A model generated the notes under the pieces. It was not told the DNA's origin. It ran no database searches and saw only the letters and a program-made list of their open reading frames with translations. Both the position numbers and the translations under genes were made by a program. Below are positions 1-13,720 of a DNA stretch of 64,000 bases, one piece after another. This stretch comes from Amoebidium appalachense (taxonomy: Eukaryota > Protista > Ichthyosporea), in the NCBI GenBank assembly GCA_963693365.1, contig CAVNZM010000001.1, positions 8,324,907 to 8,388,906 on the forward strand, read 5' to 3'. The stretch's first letter is position 1; each line of letters begins with the position of its first letter.

Positions 1-1306
1 CCCACTCTTCTCGGGAGCCACATTATTCCGTACGACGAACCCTCCCTCGCTCTCTCGCATCCGATTGGACAAAACACGATCCGATGACGTAAAATCAGGG
101 GGGGACGGTTCGATCCCCGGGCGACATCCTCTAGCGGGGGGTTGGAGGGGCGGCGGCCCCCCCATTTAGGGCCCAGACACACATAGGGTTTTGGTTATTG
201 GGTTTATGTTTTTATTTTGGTATTTAGTTATCAAATACTGTTTTTTTAGCTGCTTATGTGGGCGATCTCCCTATACCTAGGGGGCTTCATCGTACGGACT
301 TACCTCCCCGGGAGGTCCACCCCTCTGCCCTCGGACATCTCCCACCGATTTTCCATACACGGAATCTGCATTTGTCAATTTAACAATTGCCCTTCTGACC
401 TCCCTCACCTCGTCACACCCCTGTTACCCCCCTCCCCCCCCCCCCCCCCCAAAGAAAATGCCTTGCGTACGGATCTGCATATACCATTATTATAGTAATA
501 CTCTATTCACCAAGCTCCCTCTATCAACAAGTTCCACTCCTGGACAGCTCCCTCCCCTCCCCTCACTCCCCCAAGCCCCCCTCCCCCCTCCCCCCAACCA
601 GAAACGCGTTGTGCATACACACACATCTGGCCCACCTACACACAAACACACCGTCACACACACGTCTGGTTGTGTGTACGCACACTCCTGCATGTGTAGT
701 TTCGCCAACAGTTTATCTGGGTCCACAATGAATACATGTTCAAGTCTACATACACATATTTGTCACCGTGGGTGCACGCACATCATGTGCCTATGCCTGT
801 GTGTGTGTGTGTGTGTTACATGTGCTTGTGTGGGTGTACTTCATACTTGGATTTTATTGGGTTGGGCACTATACGTTATGCGGGGGGCCTCAAATTCATT
901 AGCGCTAACATATCATACGCCAATGACACATTGCAGTTGAATACTGTTCAAACACACACAGTCACTGCGCTAACAGTACATGGTTTACTCTATAGCATGT
1001 GTGCTCTCACAAGACGATATAACAGCCAGTTTAAGTCTAGATTTACATATACTATTATACATGCTAATGTACACGTGATACATGCCATATGCCAGAGAAG
1101 GAGGGTAGGCAGGGATAAGCCTTTCTCCCCATGGCCCTCCTGCAATCTCAATCAATACTGGAACGAAATAGGGACACACTACCCCGCACTCTCTTTTCTC
1201 CAGAAGAATGAAAAAAAAACAAAAAAAAAACACACGTGCATTCGTCATTTTCGGCATGTGCGCAAGTGCCAGCCTTGCGGCATGGTGCGTGTCAACTTTT
1301 CCCGCG

Positions 1307-1639
1307 CTACTGTGCCAGTGTCGTTTTCTGTACGTGCGCACGTGCCAGCCTAACCACGTGATTTGCGGCCACTGCCATACATTCCATACACGACATTGCA
1401 CTCTCATAGCCGCTGGAGTAGAAAATCCCTGGGGAGAGAACGAAAGGAGCGAATTCCGGGTTGGGGACAAGGGCCGGGAAGGCGTGGGTCCACACGTGCC
1501 TCCTTACCATGTCTGTGTGCGTGAAGATCCTGCAGGTGGGTGGTGATTTTTGCATAGGAATTAGTATGCTTTTATATATATATATATATATGTATTAATA
1601 TTTAGTGTGTCTGTTTGTACATGTAACGTGTGTGTGTTT

Positions 1640-1714
<75 letters not shown>

Positions 1715-3193
1715 ACATGTGCGCGTGCTTGTGCATGCGCGCGCGCATGTGTTTGTGTGGGTGCGAGTGTCTTGCTTACATGTGTGTCTGTGTGCTGAGC
1801 ACATGTGTGCTTGTGTGTGCGCAACTTTCCATTAGCATATGTGTGCATGTGTGTACGTTTTCTCATCATAATACATTCCCCTTGCACGTCATTTTGTTCC
1901 ACCACCCACCTGTTTAAGGTGGAATCCTCCAAAGCCTCGAGGGAGAAGATCTTATACACGGGCCCCAACGTCTTGCCGTAGCCCCCCATGCCCACTGATA
2001 AGAACGGCTGGGTGCCAGCCGCAGTTAAAATCGTTGCGGGAACCTGTGCAGATGCGTTTGAGTCACTAAGCAACATCCCCTCCTGCTCCCCCCCCCCCCA
2101 TACACACACGCACATACACATACACAGGTCCGTCCCCCCAATCCACAACCACACCCGCACACCTCTCCCTCACTATACTACCACCAAACAAAGACACACA
2201 CACGCCCCTACACACAAAGGCACACACACACACATACAAGGGTCCTTTTCTCTGTACTATCACCAAGAAAAGACATGCACACATCTCTCCCTCCGTTCTC
2301 TTAACCAAAACACATGCACACCACACCACTCTCTATCTACGACCACAACACACAAAACATAACATCTCTCTCCCTACACCAACCCACCTAAAGCACCCGT
2401 GCACACATGCAGGTACACACATCTCTATGTGTGCTGCCACAAAAATACCCATGGCCACACATTCGCACACATACACACCTCTCTCTCACTACCCACCACT
2501 GAAAAAACACGCATACAACACACATTCACTTCTCTCCCTACCCTACGACCAAAAACACACGCGCACACACACACACACGTACACGCACCTGTCCCCACAC
2601 TGCACCAAACCCACAGACACATTTGCCCTCTCGTAGCCAAAAAGAGGAACCAGCATCACATATAGACAATGACGTCATACACGGGCTTGCATGGTTAAAA
2701 AGACTTGCACACCAGGGGTAGCAAATTTGTATATTGTGTGTTTTGTGTGCCTTTTACTCTATTACTTTGCCATGTTTTTTATTTTCTCTTTTTCTTTCTT
2801 TCTTTCTTTCTTTTTTTTTTTGGGGGGGGGAGGGCAAACACCTGTTCAATGGACTTTTTGCCGAAGTATGTTGGGTCCATGGTGCCCTGCACTAGCGTCA
2901 CATGGATGGTCTGCAGCAGACCAATCAGAAAGAGGCATGCAACCTCAGAACCAATCAGCACTCACCATGCCACCCCGAAGCACCAATCAACGCTCAGCAT
3001 TTTCTACATAGCATCCGCAATCAGCCGGAAATTATCACGCACAGATTAACCGACGACACACACACTCACGCTTCAGCACACACATTCACACACATACACA
3101 TTCATACTCGCCCACCCACCCTGCAGCCTCCCGTTGGTCCGGCCGCCCCCACACGCACACGAACACACAATCATATGCACGTGCGCACCCACA

Positions 3194-3231
<38 letters not shown>

Positions 3232-3557
3232 CTCTCTCTCTCTCTCACTCACCGCAACTTATTCACCGACCGACCCATGCTCACCCAATCATGCACCCAC
3301 CTACTTACTCCCCTGCCTGCCACCCTCCTAAATCCCCCCCCCTCCCCCCTCCCTCCCTCCCTCCCTCCCCCCTCTCTCCCATCCCCCAAGCACCCACCCA
3401 CCGACCCACCCACCCACCATATACTTCCTGTGCTCCAGAGATACATTCATTGGCTGCAACTTCATCCCCGCCACCTCCAAAGGGGCAGCAATCACCACCG
3501 CATCAAATCCCTCCCCCCCAGTACCATCAGACCCTGCAACCCCCCTGATTTAGTCCT

Positions 3558-3592
<35 letters not shown>

Positions 3593-3830
3593 ACCCTTCT
3601 TCCCCCTCCCTGCCACCTCTCCCTCTTCATCTTCCCTCCCCATCACACCCCTCCCTCCCTCCCCACCCCGCTCCTCCACCCTCCCTGCCCCCCCCCCCCC
3701 CCCCCCCCCCCCTCCCTCCCATTGAGCCCTCTTCCGCCTGGTAACCCCCCACCCTGGAAAAATCAGCTCACACATAAACATTATGTATATCAACACCAAG
3801 GCACGTACAAGCATGCAGCATGCACAAGGA

Positions 3831-3873
<43 letters not shown>

Positions 3874-4067
3874 CCACGCCACCTGCCTCCTAACCAACCC
3901 ACCTACCCACCCAGGACCACCCTCTCCCACCTACCAACTTCCCTCTTCCCCCTCCTCCTCCCCAAACACACATATACCTATCTCCCCAATACCCTGCCCC
4001 CTCCCCCCCCACCCCCCATCGCACACATACAACCACCTTCAAAGGCCACACACATTCCCCCCCCACG

Positions 4068-4098
<31 letters not shown>

Positions 4099-4921
4099 CC
4101 TCCCCCTCCTCCCCCCCCCCCCTCCCCTCGCCCCCCCCACACACACACCTTCATAAGCCACGCACTGCCTGCTGCTATCCCCCCCACACGGTGCCACCGC
4201 CGTAACTTTTGTCCCCGTCCTTATCGTGGCCCCACTTGTCTCGGCTAGAGTTTCCACCACACGCTGGTTACCCTCCACAACTATCATATATGGTGAGAGA
4301 GAGAGAGGGAGGGAGAGGAGAGAGGGACGGAGGGAGGCAGGGAGGGAGGGAGGGAGGGAGGGAGGGAGGGAGAGTGTGCGTATGTGTCTGTGTGTGTGTG
4401 TGCACGTGTGTATGTGTGTGTCTGTGTGTGTGTGGACCACACAACGTGCACACCACGTCAACAGAGTGCACCCGAAGCCCTCCCCATACACACATCAATG
4501 AAACATGCGGATTCGCTCATAGGCATACCTACAAACACACCCAATAGTTTCGTTTTCACACAAAGAATAACTGGACCAAATCAGCTTACATGACCGGTTT
4601 AAGCTACACGTAAGAAACGTATCGATACAGTAACACATCTGGGAAGATGAGATGACCATCAATCACAAAATAACCGAAAAAAAAAAACCATCAAGAGATT
4701 ATTCTTTTCCCTCCCTCCATTATTCACGTATCATGTTGAGCTATAGGATTTTGATGCACTGTATACAAACCGAAAGAAGTGAGGAGGGGATGGTATTGGA
4801 GAGGGGGAAGAACAAGAAGGGGGCAGGAGAGGGCGGGGGGGGGGGGGGGGGGGGGGGGAAGAAAGCATACAGAGTACGAATCAATGACGCACGATGAGCC
4901 ACACCATGCAGAGTTAGTTCG

Positions 4922-4960
<39 letters not shown>

Positions 4961-5899
4961 AACCCCAAAAATAAAAATATAAATAAATAAACAAACAAAT
5001 AAATAAAAGTAAATAGAAAAAGTCGTAACAACAACAACAACAACAGCAGCAGCAGCAACAACAACAACAACTGCAACAAGAACAAAAATAGTAATAATGA
5101 AGACGGAGGAAAGAAAGGGAGGGAAGGAAGGAAGGGAGGGGGGAGGGGGGAGGGGGAGGGGGCTGAGAGGGGATATATACCGGAGAAGACCTGATCGTCA
5201 CTACCGACCATAGCGATGGCATAGCCAAGGGTATGCATGGCTGATAGCTCCTGCCCGTAGTTGCACCGTGCTGCACACACACATGTTAATGCACACACAC
5301 AGACACATACCTTAGCACACACACACACACACACACAGGCACACACACATACACGCATTATACACATACACACACACACGCGTGTGCGCGCGCGCACACA
5401 CACACACACGCACACATGCGTACACACACACACATACACGCACACACACATGTACACAAAGACACACACACACACACATGTACACACAGACACGCATGCA
5501 AACACACGCATGCACACACACACATACACAAAAAAACGATCGCGCGACACACACAATGGGAAATGAAAGCACGAAGGTACACACACACACACACACACAA
5601 ACACACACGCACGGGGATGCATCAAACATACACACAGAGGCACACGGGCAGAGACACAACACACACACATACACACCAACCCATGACCATATCAGCATCC
5701 ATCTCCCCCCCCCCCCCCCCCCCCGGCCCCTTCTGGGGTTACCCACTTGCCCCAGAGAGCAACTCTCTCTGCAGTCTCTCTCCAACGCCACTCTTCTGCA
5801 CATACTCATTTGCTGTCTCCTTGCACAGATCATACAGCCCTGCACCACCTACATGTTAGCAAGCTACCCCCCCCCCCCCCCTCCCCCCCCCCCTCTTGC

Positions 5900-5952
<53 letters not shown>

Positions 5953-6377
5953 CACCACCACCACCACCACCACCGCCGCCGCCGCCGCCGCCACGTTTAG
6001 GGGAAAAAAAAAAAAAAAAGAAAGAAACGAAAGAAAGACCCCCCCCCCCCCCCCCCCACCCCACACACACACCACCACTTCCACAATAAGGACATCAGCC
6101 ACAATGCCGGCAGTTAAGTTCGGAGGGACCAGAACGAAGGGCTCTAAAGTCCATAAATACTTCCACAAAAAAAAAAAAAAAAGAAAAAAAAAGAGAAGAA
6201 AAATGAAAAAAATACCCCCCCCCCCCCCCCCCCCCCCCCCAAACGGCACACAGACAACATCAATACCGCAATTCCTTCCATTTCTTCTACCCGGATGCAT
6301 ACAAGACGGTCGGGGTTGTACCCACCCAGTTCTTTCAGTAGGGCATCGATGGTAGGGTGCTTGGTTTCCGTCGTGTA

Positions 6378-6415
<38 letters not shown>

Positions 6416-6839
6416 TATGTGTGTGTGTGTGTGTGTATGAGTGAATGTGTGTGAGTGCATGCGGGTGTGCCTGCGTGTCTGCGTGAGTGCGCGCATGTGC
6501 GGAAATATGTGTGCGCGTGTAGGGGTAGGGGAATGGGTGGATAAGTGAGCTGAATACCTGTGCAAACATTTTGCATGTATTTGTGTGAAGTGAAGTAGGG
6601 ACGTATGTGTTGCTTATCCCCCCCCCCCCCCCCCCTCCCCCCCCCCCCCCCCTCCCCCCCCCCCCCCCCCCCCCCCCGCGCCCCGCCCTGGGTTCTTTCC
6701 TGATCCCACCCATTTCTTGAAGTGTCTCCCTTTGTGAATGAGCCTGGGGAAAGGGGGGAGGGGGTGAGGGGGGAGGGCAAAGGGGAAAGTGATGTATGAA
6801 TTAGGTGGTGGAAGTTCATAGATAAACAAATAAAAAAGG

Positions 6840-6876
<37 letters not shown>

Positions 6877-8404
6877 AAGTACAACAATCTGCACAATACG
6901 CATCTCGCTAAATTCAGCCGCTGTGTTCGGGAGGAGGAGGAGGGGGGGGTTTGAATGCGGAACACAGTACGAAGTACGCATACACGATGAGAAGCATGGT
7001 GCAGGACACATGCAAAGGCAAACATTCAACTATGCAGCATCAGCCATGCGCACAGTATGCGTCATAAGCAGAGCCCATCCTCAGGGAGGGCCCAAGTAAG
7101 AGGAGGAGGGGGGGGGGGGGGGTTTGAATGCGTCAAAAAGTACGAAGTACACAAGAACAAACGGATAACACGATGCAGAATGCAAGCCATACATAAAGAG
7201 TATGCATAATAAGCGGGGGGGGGGGGGGGGGGGGGGGGAGTTATGTGTGCATCAGTGGTTGCAGTTTAGAAAAAATAGATTAAAATGAAACGGATAAAAA
7301 GTAAATAAAATAAATAAAACAAAATAAACGCACAAGTCCAACACTATACACAATACACACCTTTCCAAATTTAGCCGCTGTGTCCTGTGCAGCCCTGCTG
7401 ACGTGTATCAGGTCAGTGCCGTAGCGCCACAGAAGCTTTGCTGACGTCACCCACCCGTACTGCAAACAGTGATTAGTGTGCGCAAAAAGTAAATGTCGTC
7501 ACAGTGACGTCAAAAGCTGACCTCATGAGTGGCTCACAGCCAGTTAAGGCTGATAAAATCGTGTGTACTGATTGGTTTTTACCATATATGATATGTCCGT
7601 TTCTGGGAAATCGACATGTAAGGAGATTTCGATGGATACCATTGATAAATGCCGACTTAGCCGATAAGCAAATGTCCACGTTTCGTGTTATTCGTGTTCT
7701 TAGAGAATGGGGGACAGAGGGAGGAGGAAGAGGAGAGGGAGGGAGTGCAAGGGGGAGACGGGGGAGAGGGGGAAGGGAGAGTGGGAGGGGACGGGCATGG
7801 GGGAGGAGCGTGAGGAGGAAAGGGCGTGGTTTTGTGTGTATGTGTATATGTTTCTGTCTGCGATAAGTGTGTGTGAGTGCATGCATGTTCAAACAAGAGA
7901 GAGTTGTGGGCATACAGCTGTGTGTGTGTGTGCCCGTGTACCCACACACATAGAAGTGAACATATATGCGCATGTGCGTGCACACACCAGATTATTTTGG
8001 ACGTGTGCACATAAGTTTCGGGGGACACACTGCCAAGGTGTGCACACATGCCCACATGCACGTGCTTGTATGCGTTCACACACACACACACACACACACG
8101 CACGCACACACCCACCCCCACCCACCCCCACCCGCCCGCCCACCCCCCCATCCATCTCCCCCCCCCCCCAAACACACACACACACATCGCATCACGCACA
8201 CCTTTGAACCCGTAAACAGCAACTCCTTTCCATCCCATATCCCCACTGATGACTGTTTTGCCTTCGGGTCATCTGGTCCGTGGTGGCTTTGGTTGTGGAA
8301 TCCAAGATCACGTGTGAAGTTGGCCATGTGCTGGTTGAGCTGGTGTGTGTGTGTGTAAGTGTGTGTGTGTGTGTGTGTGTGTGCATGTACGTGTGGGCGG
8401 GGGA

Positions 8405-8467
<63 letters not shown>

Positions 8468-8812
8468 GGGTGGGAGGCGGATGAGTGTGTGCGGGGGGGC
8501 GCGGGGGGGTGGAGGGGGGAGGGGGGAGGTATGTGGATAATAGGTGTGTGTGTGTGCATGTGTGTGCATGCGTGGGTGGTTGGGGTGGGTGGGTGGGCGT
8601 TGGTGTGGGTATTTGGGGGGGGGGGGGGGGGGGTAGTAACGAGCACGCTTGTCCAATGTCTCAAATCATATAACCCCAACCTCCCCCCCCCCGCGCCGGG
8701 GTTCCCCATACAAGTCACTCCCCTTCTTCCTCCCCGTCTGCATTAGACCCCACATCTGTGCCCCCCCCCCCCCCCCCCCCCCGGCGCCGCCGCCGGACTC
8801 TCCCCCCGAAAA

Positions 8813-8865
<53 letters not shown>

Positions 8866-9885
8866 GCCTTCCACCTAAGCCCAAGCCCATCCTTTATTCT
8901 TAACACAGGCCCCCCCCCCCCTCCCCCCCGCCTTAACCACCTCGATGTTCTCGACCTATCAGCACACACATGCTTCACCTTCCATATAGGGAAGATAATC
9001 ACAACTCACCTGGTGGTATATTGAAGCACCCAGCTCAATCTTAACCCCATCCACCTCAGTGTGCTGAATACGTCCCCCCAGCTTTGTGTCTTTTTCAAAC
9101 AAAGTCACCCTTACACCCTGCAACAACCCGCCACGAATCAACAATTCTCCTCTCTACCGGCAGCCCCTTCACTTCCTGCCCCCCCCCCCCCCCCCCCCTC
9201 CCCCTCCTCCTCCCCCCTCCCCCCCCCCCCCCCCCCGCCCCGCCGCCCTTCCTTGCACCTAAGCACCCCTCACTACGCTTATGAAACACATCATCAGATG
9301 TGGAGGTTTGTGTCATCACCTTCACGAATATCTTTCCCGCTGTATCCTCCTCCACCCATTCCCCGGGGTTGTAATCCGTTGGACTAAAATAGAAATGCAC
9401 ATAAACACAAACGACCTTGAGCACCCACCCACTCGAAAACTCACTGGTGCTTCATTTACTGCTTTCATCCAAATTCACGACCTCCTATTTCTTCCTTTCT
9501 GTGTTTTACCCCCCCCCCCCCCCCCCCCCCGGCTCTCCACCTTCCTACCCCTCCCCCCCCCCAACAAAAAAAAAACCGGACACCTATCTGCCACCTCCAC
9601 CACCTCTGCTCCTATCCCCCCCCCCCCCCCCCCCCCCCCCGTTTTTTTTTTTTTTTTCCCCTTTTCTTTTTCACTCCCACCCACGTTCCACAACCCATCC
9701 TCACTCACCCTCTCCTCTCCAACACACACCACCACACACCTGTTTGCAACCGTTTTTTCCCTCCACCTCCCCCATTTCCCGTGCCAGGAAGTGTGCAACT
9801 GACACCCCGCCTATGCCTCCACCCACAACGGCCACGGACGGGCCTGGCTGGCACTCATTCTCACTGCTCATCCTCCACGTTAGTG

Positions 9886-9923
<38 letters not shown>

Positions 9924-10529
9924 CCTCCCAAAACTGCCTAGCACACAAACTACCTGTACTCTCCCTCCCTCCCCCTCCAGCCCCTCTCTTGTCCCCTGCC
10001 CACACCCTTGCCCCGATAATTTGCCGCAAGCCCTGCCCGCAAGTCAAGTTGTCATGGATATTCTTTTTCGAGGATGTAACCCTATGCCGAGCAAAGTTTT
10101 GTATGTTGGACAGAGATACCACCCGTTTAGGCCGGCTACAAGCATGGATGTGCGTGCAGACAATACCAAGGGCATGCACCGTATAAGCGGATTCATTGAT
10201 CAGCTGTGTGTTTTTAACAATCCACATGTTTTTGATCATATTTTGACCAACATCAGGGATTGTACTTCGTCACTGAGTGCCACACCGTGAGGTACGTTGT
10301 CCTGATGTGTTTGCTTGCATGCAGCGGTGCTGAGCGTGTGCCATCAAGCCGCCGCGTATGTGTTTCCAAGTTCATATAAGTAAGTAGTTGTGCACACGCT
10401 GGGTTTATAGCTGGGTATCATGGTCCAGGAGTAGGACATGGGACCAAACCTGTTAATCAGCGTGGTGCTTCCAGCAGCTTGGCTGACCACCGCCAAACAC
10501 AGCCACACACCTGCAAAACCACACATCAT
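1307..10529 (-). CDS. PCYOX1: Prenylcysteine oxidase (PCYOX1-like FAD oxidoreductase), about 13 exons; 5' end uncertain
   Basis: Exons read: [18 protein letters not shown] (GxGxxG, ~9770-9870); [23 protein letters not shown] (9009-9120); [11 protein letters not shown] (~8205-8340); KLLWRYG (7341-7460); [18 protein letters not shown]; [10 protein letters not shown]; [11 protein letters not shown]; YKIFSLEAL; last exon [27 protein letters not shown] with stop at 1307. The signal-peptide-like [20 protein letters not shown] at 10529 is the probable first exon (inference). Confidence 0.88.
4861..4922 (-). mobile_element. Short diverged 3'-end copy of the poly-C-inserting element
   Basis: G-run followed by gaaagcatacagagtacgaa..cacgatgag..tgcag, which aligns to the subfamily B terminus (gaatgcggaacacagtacgaa..cacgatgag..tgcag). 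Confidence 0.6.
6950..7097 (-). mobile_element. Poly-C-inserting retroposon-like element, subfamily B, 5'-truncated, with 16-bp TSD
   Basis: Near-identical to 34967-35113 and to the reverse complement of 47621-47768. Flanked by GAGGAGGAGGGGGGGG at 6934-6949 and 7100-7115. Confidence 0.85.
7123..7214 (-). mobile_element. Poly-C-inserting element, subfamily A, 5'-truncated
   Basis: Matches 34604-34695 and the reverse complement of 49291-49383, with G-runs on both flanks. Confidence 0.85.
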
Positions 10530-11482
10530 CGTGCCGATGTGCCCTAATGACTGGCGTTAAGCAATATCAAGTTGACCTGGTTGCAGAATCTATGAAACAG
10601 TCCTGCAAAATCTCCACTGTGGCTCGGTCAGATCTGTCATACAAAGGAATCGGTACACAGCGCACACACTTCCGGAAGCCTCAGGCACAAGTTCTCCCGT
10701 CCAAAAGACAGAAGCACATCGGTGCATGTGTGTATGAACAGCCAGCTCCCACGTAGCAGAGCAAAAACGTGTGTTATCAGCCAAGGCTTGGCCAAGGATT
10801 CTGTGTTGACACGCCGACTTCTGTAAAAACTCTTTGCGGCCTCTTGCCATTAATTAAGGACAAAGGGTTCATTTTGAAATTTCACTATGTAATTGATCAA
10901 ATTTCATATGTAGGATTATCGGCCCCCACTCAGTATCGGGAGTTAGGGAGTATGGGGGATTACGATCTGCCGTTATGCACATGCATGGTTCATGGCCGCA
11001 CTCAATTTGATTGGTGGGGATATAACGGACCAATAGTCTCATATACCATATATGGTATATGAGGAAATTTAGTTTTGAACCCTTTCTGTTTTCCGACTGC
11101 AAAACAGTAAGCTCGCTTTCATTGGCGGAGAGAGCACCTCCTACACAGGGCCTGTAAGTTGTGTAATGATCCAAAAATATCATATTTACGATTACAAAGC
11201 AGGCTTTACAGTGGTTGAAAGGCCGTAAACTGTTGTCAAAACCTCTGGGTTGTGGCCAAGAACGGATAAAAATGCCTAACCCTGGCAGGGGCCCAAGCCA
11301 CTACAAAAACGTAGTGCTGATCAGTGCCGGCTATGGCAGGCTGCGACCGAGTCTTCAACCAAGGCACCATGTAATTCTTCTTTTTTTGCGAGTTAATCAG
11401 CTTGGAACTTCCGGGAATTTCGAAGTCGAAACGCAACCAATGCCTCCTAGATAAACAACGCAACTCCAAGAAGAACAAAAAA

Positions 11483-12218
11483 ATGTTCCAAGCATCGTTT
11501 GCTTTTGGGCGACGCTTCTCCACAAAAATCCAACCGACTCCTTCAGCAATTGACTTCGGCGTCCATACAGCAATGAAAGAGAACTTCCAGAAACCATCTC
11601 CACTCTGGAGAAAACAACTGGCTGAATTTGAGGAGCAGATGAAGGAAAAGTTGGAACTGGCACTTGGAGAAGAGGACCAAGTGATGAAGGACTTGGAGGA
11701 AAAACTCGTTGAAATTGAAAGTAGGAAGATGTTGAGGATTAAAGACCTGGAGAAAGAACTCGTTGAAATTGAAAGTAGGAAGATGTTGAGGATTAAAGAC
11801 CTGGAGAAAGAACTCGCTGAATTTGAAAGTAGGAAGTTGTTGAGGATTATAGACCTGGAGAAAAAACTCGCTGAAATCGAAAGTAGGAAGTTGTTGAGGA
11901 TTAAAGACCTGGAGAAACAACTCGTTGAAATTGAAAGTAGGAAGATGTTTGGGATTAAAGACCTGGAGAAAAAACTCGTTGAAAAAGAAATTAGGAAGTT
12001 GTTGGAGATTAAAGACTCAGAAAAGAAGGTTGTTGAGATCAATAAAAAAACTCGCTGAGGTCGAAAAAAAAAATCTCGTTAAGGTCGAACTTGAAAAGGC
12101 GACCGCGGCAGGAGAAATTGCATGGTGGCGCTGTCAGGCGCAGCGGATACACGCGCGCCTTGTCTTGGGGGCCATCACTGAGACTAGATCAGGGCCGAAA
12201 GCAGAAGAGAGGGACTGA
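11483..12218 (+). CDS. Intronless coiled-coil repeat protein; probable frameshift in an A-run at ~12044-12050 (possible pseudogene or sequencing error)
   Basis: ORF MFQASFAFGRRFST.. stops at 12058. Removing one A continues the repeat pattern (KKLAEVEKKNLVKVELEK..) to a stop at 12218. Confidence 0.55.
11687..12040 (+). repeat. 54-bp coding tandem repeat (KDLEKELVEIESRKMLRI), about 6.5 copies
   Basis: Unit starts at 11687, 11741, 11795, 11849, 11903, 11957 and 12011. Confidence 0.95.
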
Positions 12219-13087
12219 GCAGTGACACAGGGCTGAAGATGCGTGCCCAGTTCACAGAGTTTCAAAACCGTGTTAGAGACCAGGTTCCCAAACCAACCTG
12301 AGCAAAGGGATAGAATTTCAGTTGCTTCCGAAACCGCTTGCTGGCACTGTGTGAGCACGATCAGCACCTCGATTTTCTAGCAAGCATCGGAATCTACCTT
12401 CCCGACCAAGTATATCCGTCACCAAGCTCCCAGACAGCTTTCGAGATTGCGTGTGAGGTCAACGTCATCCAATTCACCTTATTTGATTAGAATGCTTGGT
12501 AACGGCTATGTATGGTGTGCTAAGCTGTATCTAGGCTTTGGTGTTCGCTTGTTACGAATTGGTAACTTTTGTTATTTGTTTCTCGTTCAACGGTCTAAAT
12601 ATGTAATCCAAATTTACTTTAACCAACTTGAACTTGCCTAGTAAGTACACTTGCAAAACAAGAGATTTGACGGAAATAGCTTGGACGCATGGCATGCTAG
12701 AGCAGTAATCGATACGGTGCTCGCTGGTTCTATTGATATATGCATACACCAGCATACAAGCCTTTGGGTGGTTGCGTTTTGGGTGCACGTTTTGGATGCA
12801 CTGCTGTTAAAGGTGTGAACATGTGCATAAGAAGGGGGTTGTAAGCACACTCCTGGCAACCTGTGCGTCATAACTATATCTGTACATATGAAAGCATGCT
12901 TGTGAATATACACGACACAACACGTAAGTGCAAGCAATTATGACCCTCAAGTTCCGTCCCGTTGGGACACAACGACACGGCCCATTGGTTTAAGGGCGTC
13001 TAAGTGGTGACGCCACGGGCCTATCGTATAACAAGTTTCACAACTGCGTATGTGGTGTGTGTGTGGGGGGGGGCGAGGGGGGGGTTT

Positions 13088-13126
<39 letters not shown>

Positions 13127-13572
13127 ATGCATGCCCGAGTATGCGTCACTCTGCTAAGGGAAAGTCGATATTGGACAAGTCGGCTCGTGCTTGACCCCGT
13201 GGTGTTCAACAGCGCATTTTGTCACCTAAGCAAGCTGTGGCCACTCGAGCGTGTTCACAGTGTAGTTGCCTAGAAAGAGATAGAATTCGAATGGTTCTGC
13301 ATAAAATTTGAAGCCAGAAGTGCCCGAGACATACAATACTTCTTTTGATATATCTTAATTTACACTGTTCTGCAAAGATGTTGCGTGCACGTGACTCGCA
13401 GTCTCCGCCCTCAGCTGCCCAACGTGAATCAACGTGAAAAAATTGTTTTTTTTTGGCTCGACTGTGCATGCTCACAAGATCTAAAGGGCGTAAAAGGGCA
13501 TATATGTAGCATGATAAAGAAACAAAAATAAGGCCCATGACCTTTTTACAAAGTTATTTAAAGTGCGTTCAA

Positions 13573-13710
13573 CCAATAGCCAATTGATCGCTGATGTTTA
13601 TAATCCCGCTCCAGCTTTGCTATATCACCGCCAAATCCCGCACATGGCGCACATGCATGACTTTGCCTCTCTCCTCTCTCTTTTTTCTAGTCACCCTTCT
13701 TTTCTTTGAC
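13573..13710 (+). promoter_or_regulatory. eEF1B promoter region: CCAAT box and pyrimidine tract (TOP-like)
   Basis: CCAAT at 13573-13577; C/T-rich tract at 13661-13707 just upstream of the ATG at 13721. Confidence 0.4.
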
Positions 13711-13720
13711 AAACATCAAA

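Noticed and set aside
85-125. tRNA gene
   Set aside because: Only a B-box/T-loop-like motif is present, with no anticodon arm or acceptor stem.
9880-10300. Separate small gene upstream of the PCYOX Rossmann exon
   Set aside because: No recognisable protein; it probably lies within the first PCYOX intron or 5' region.
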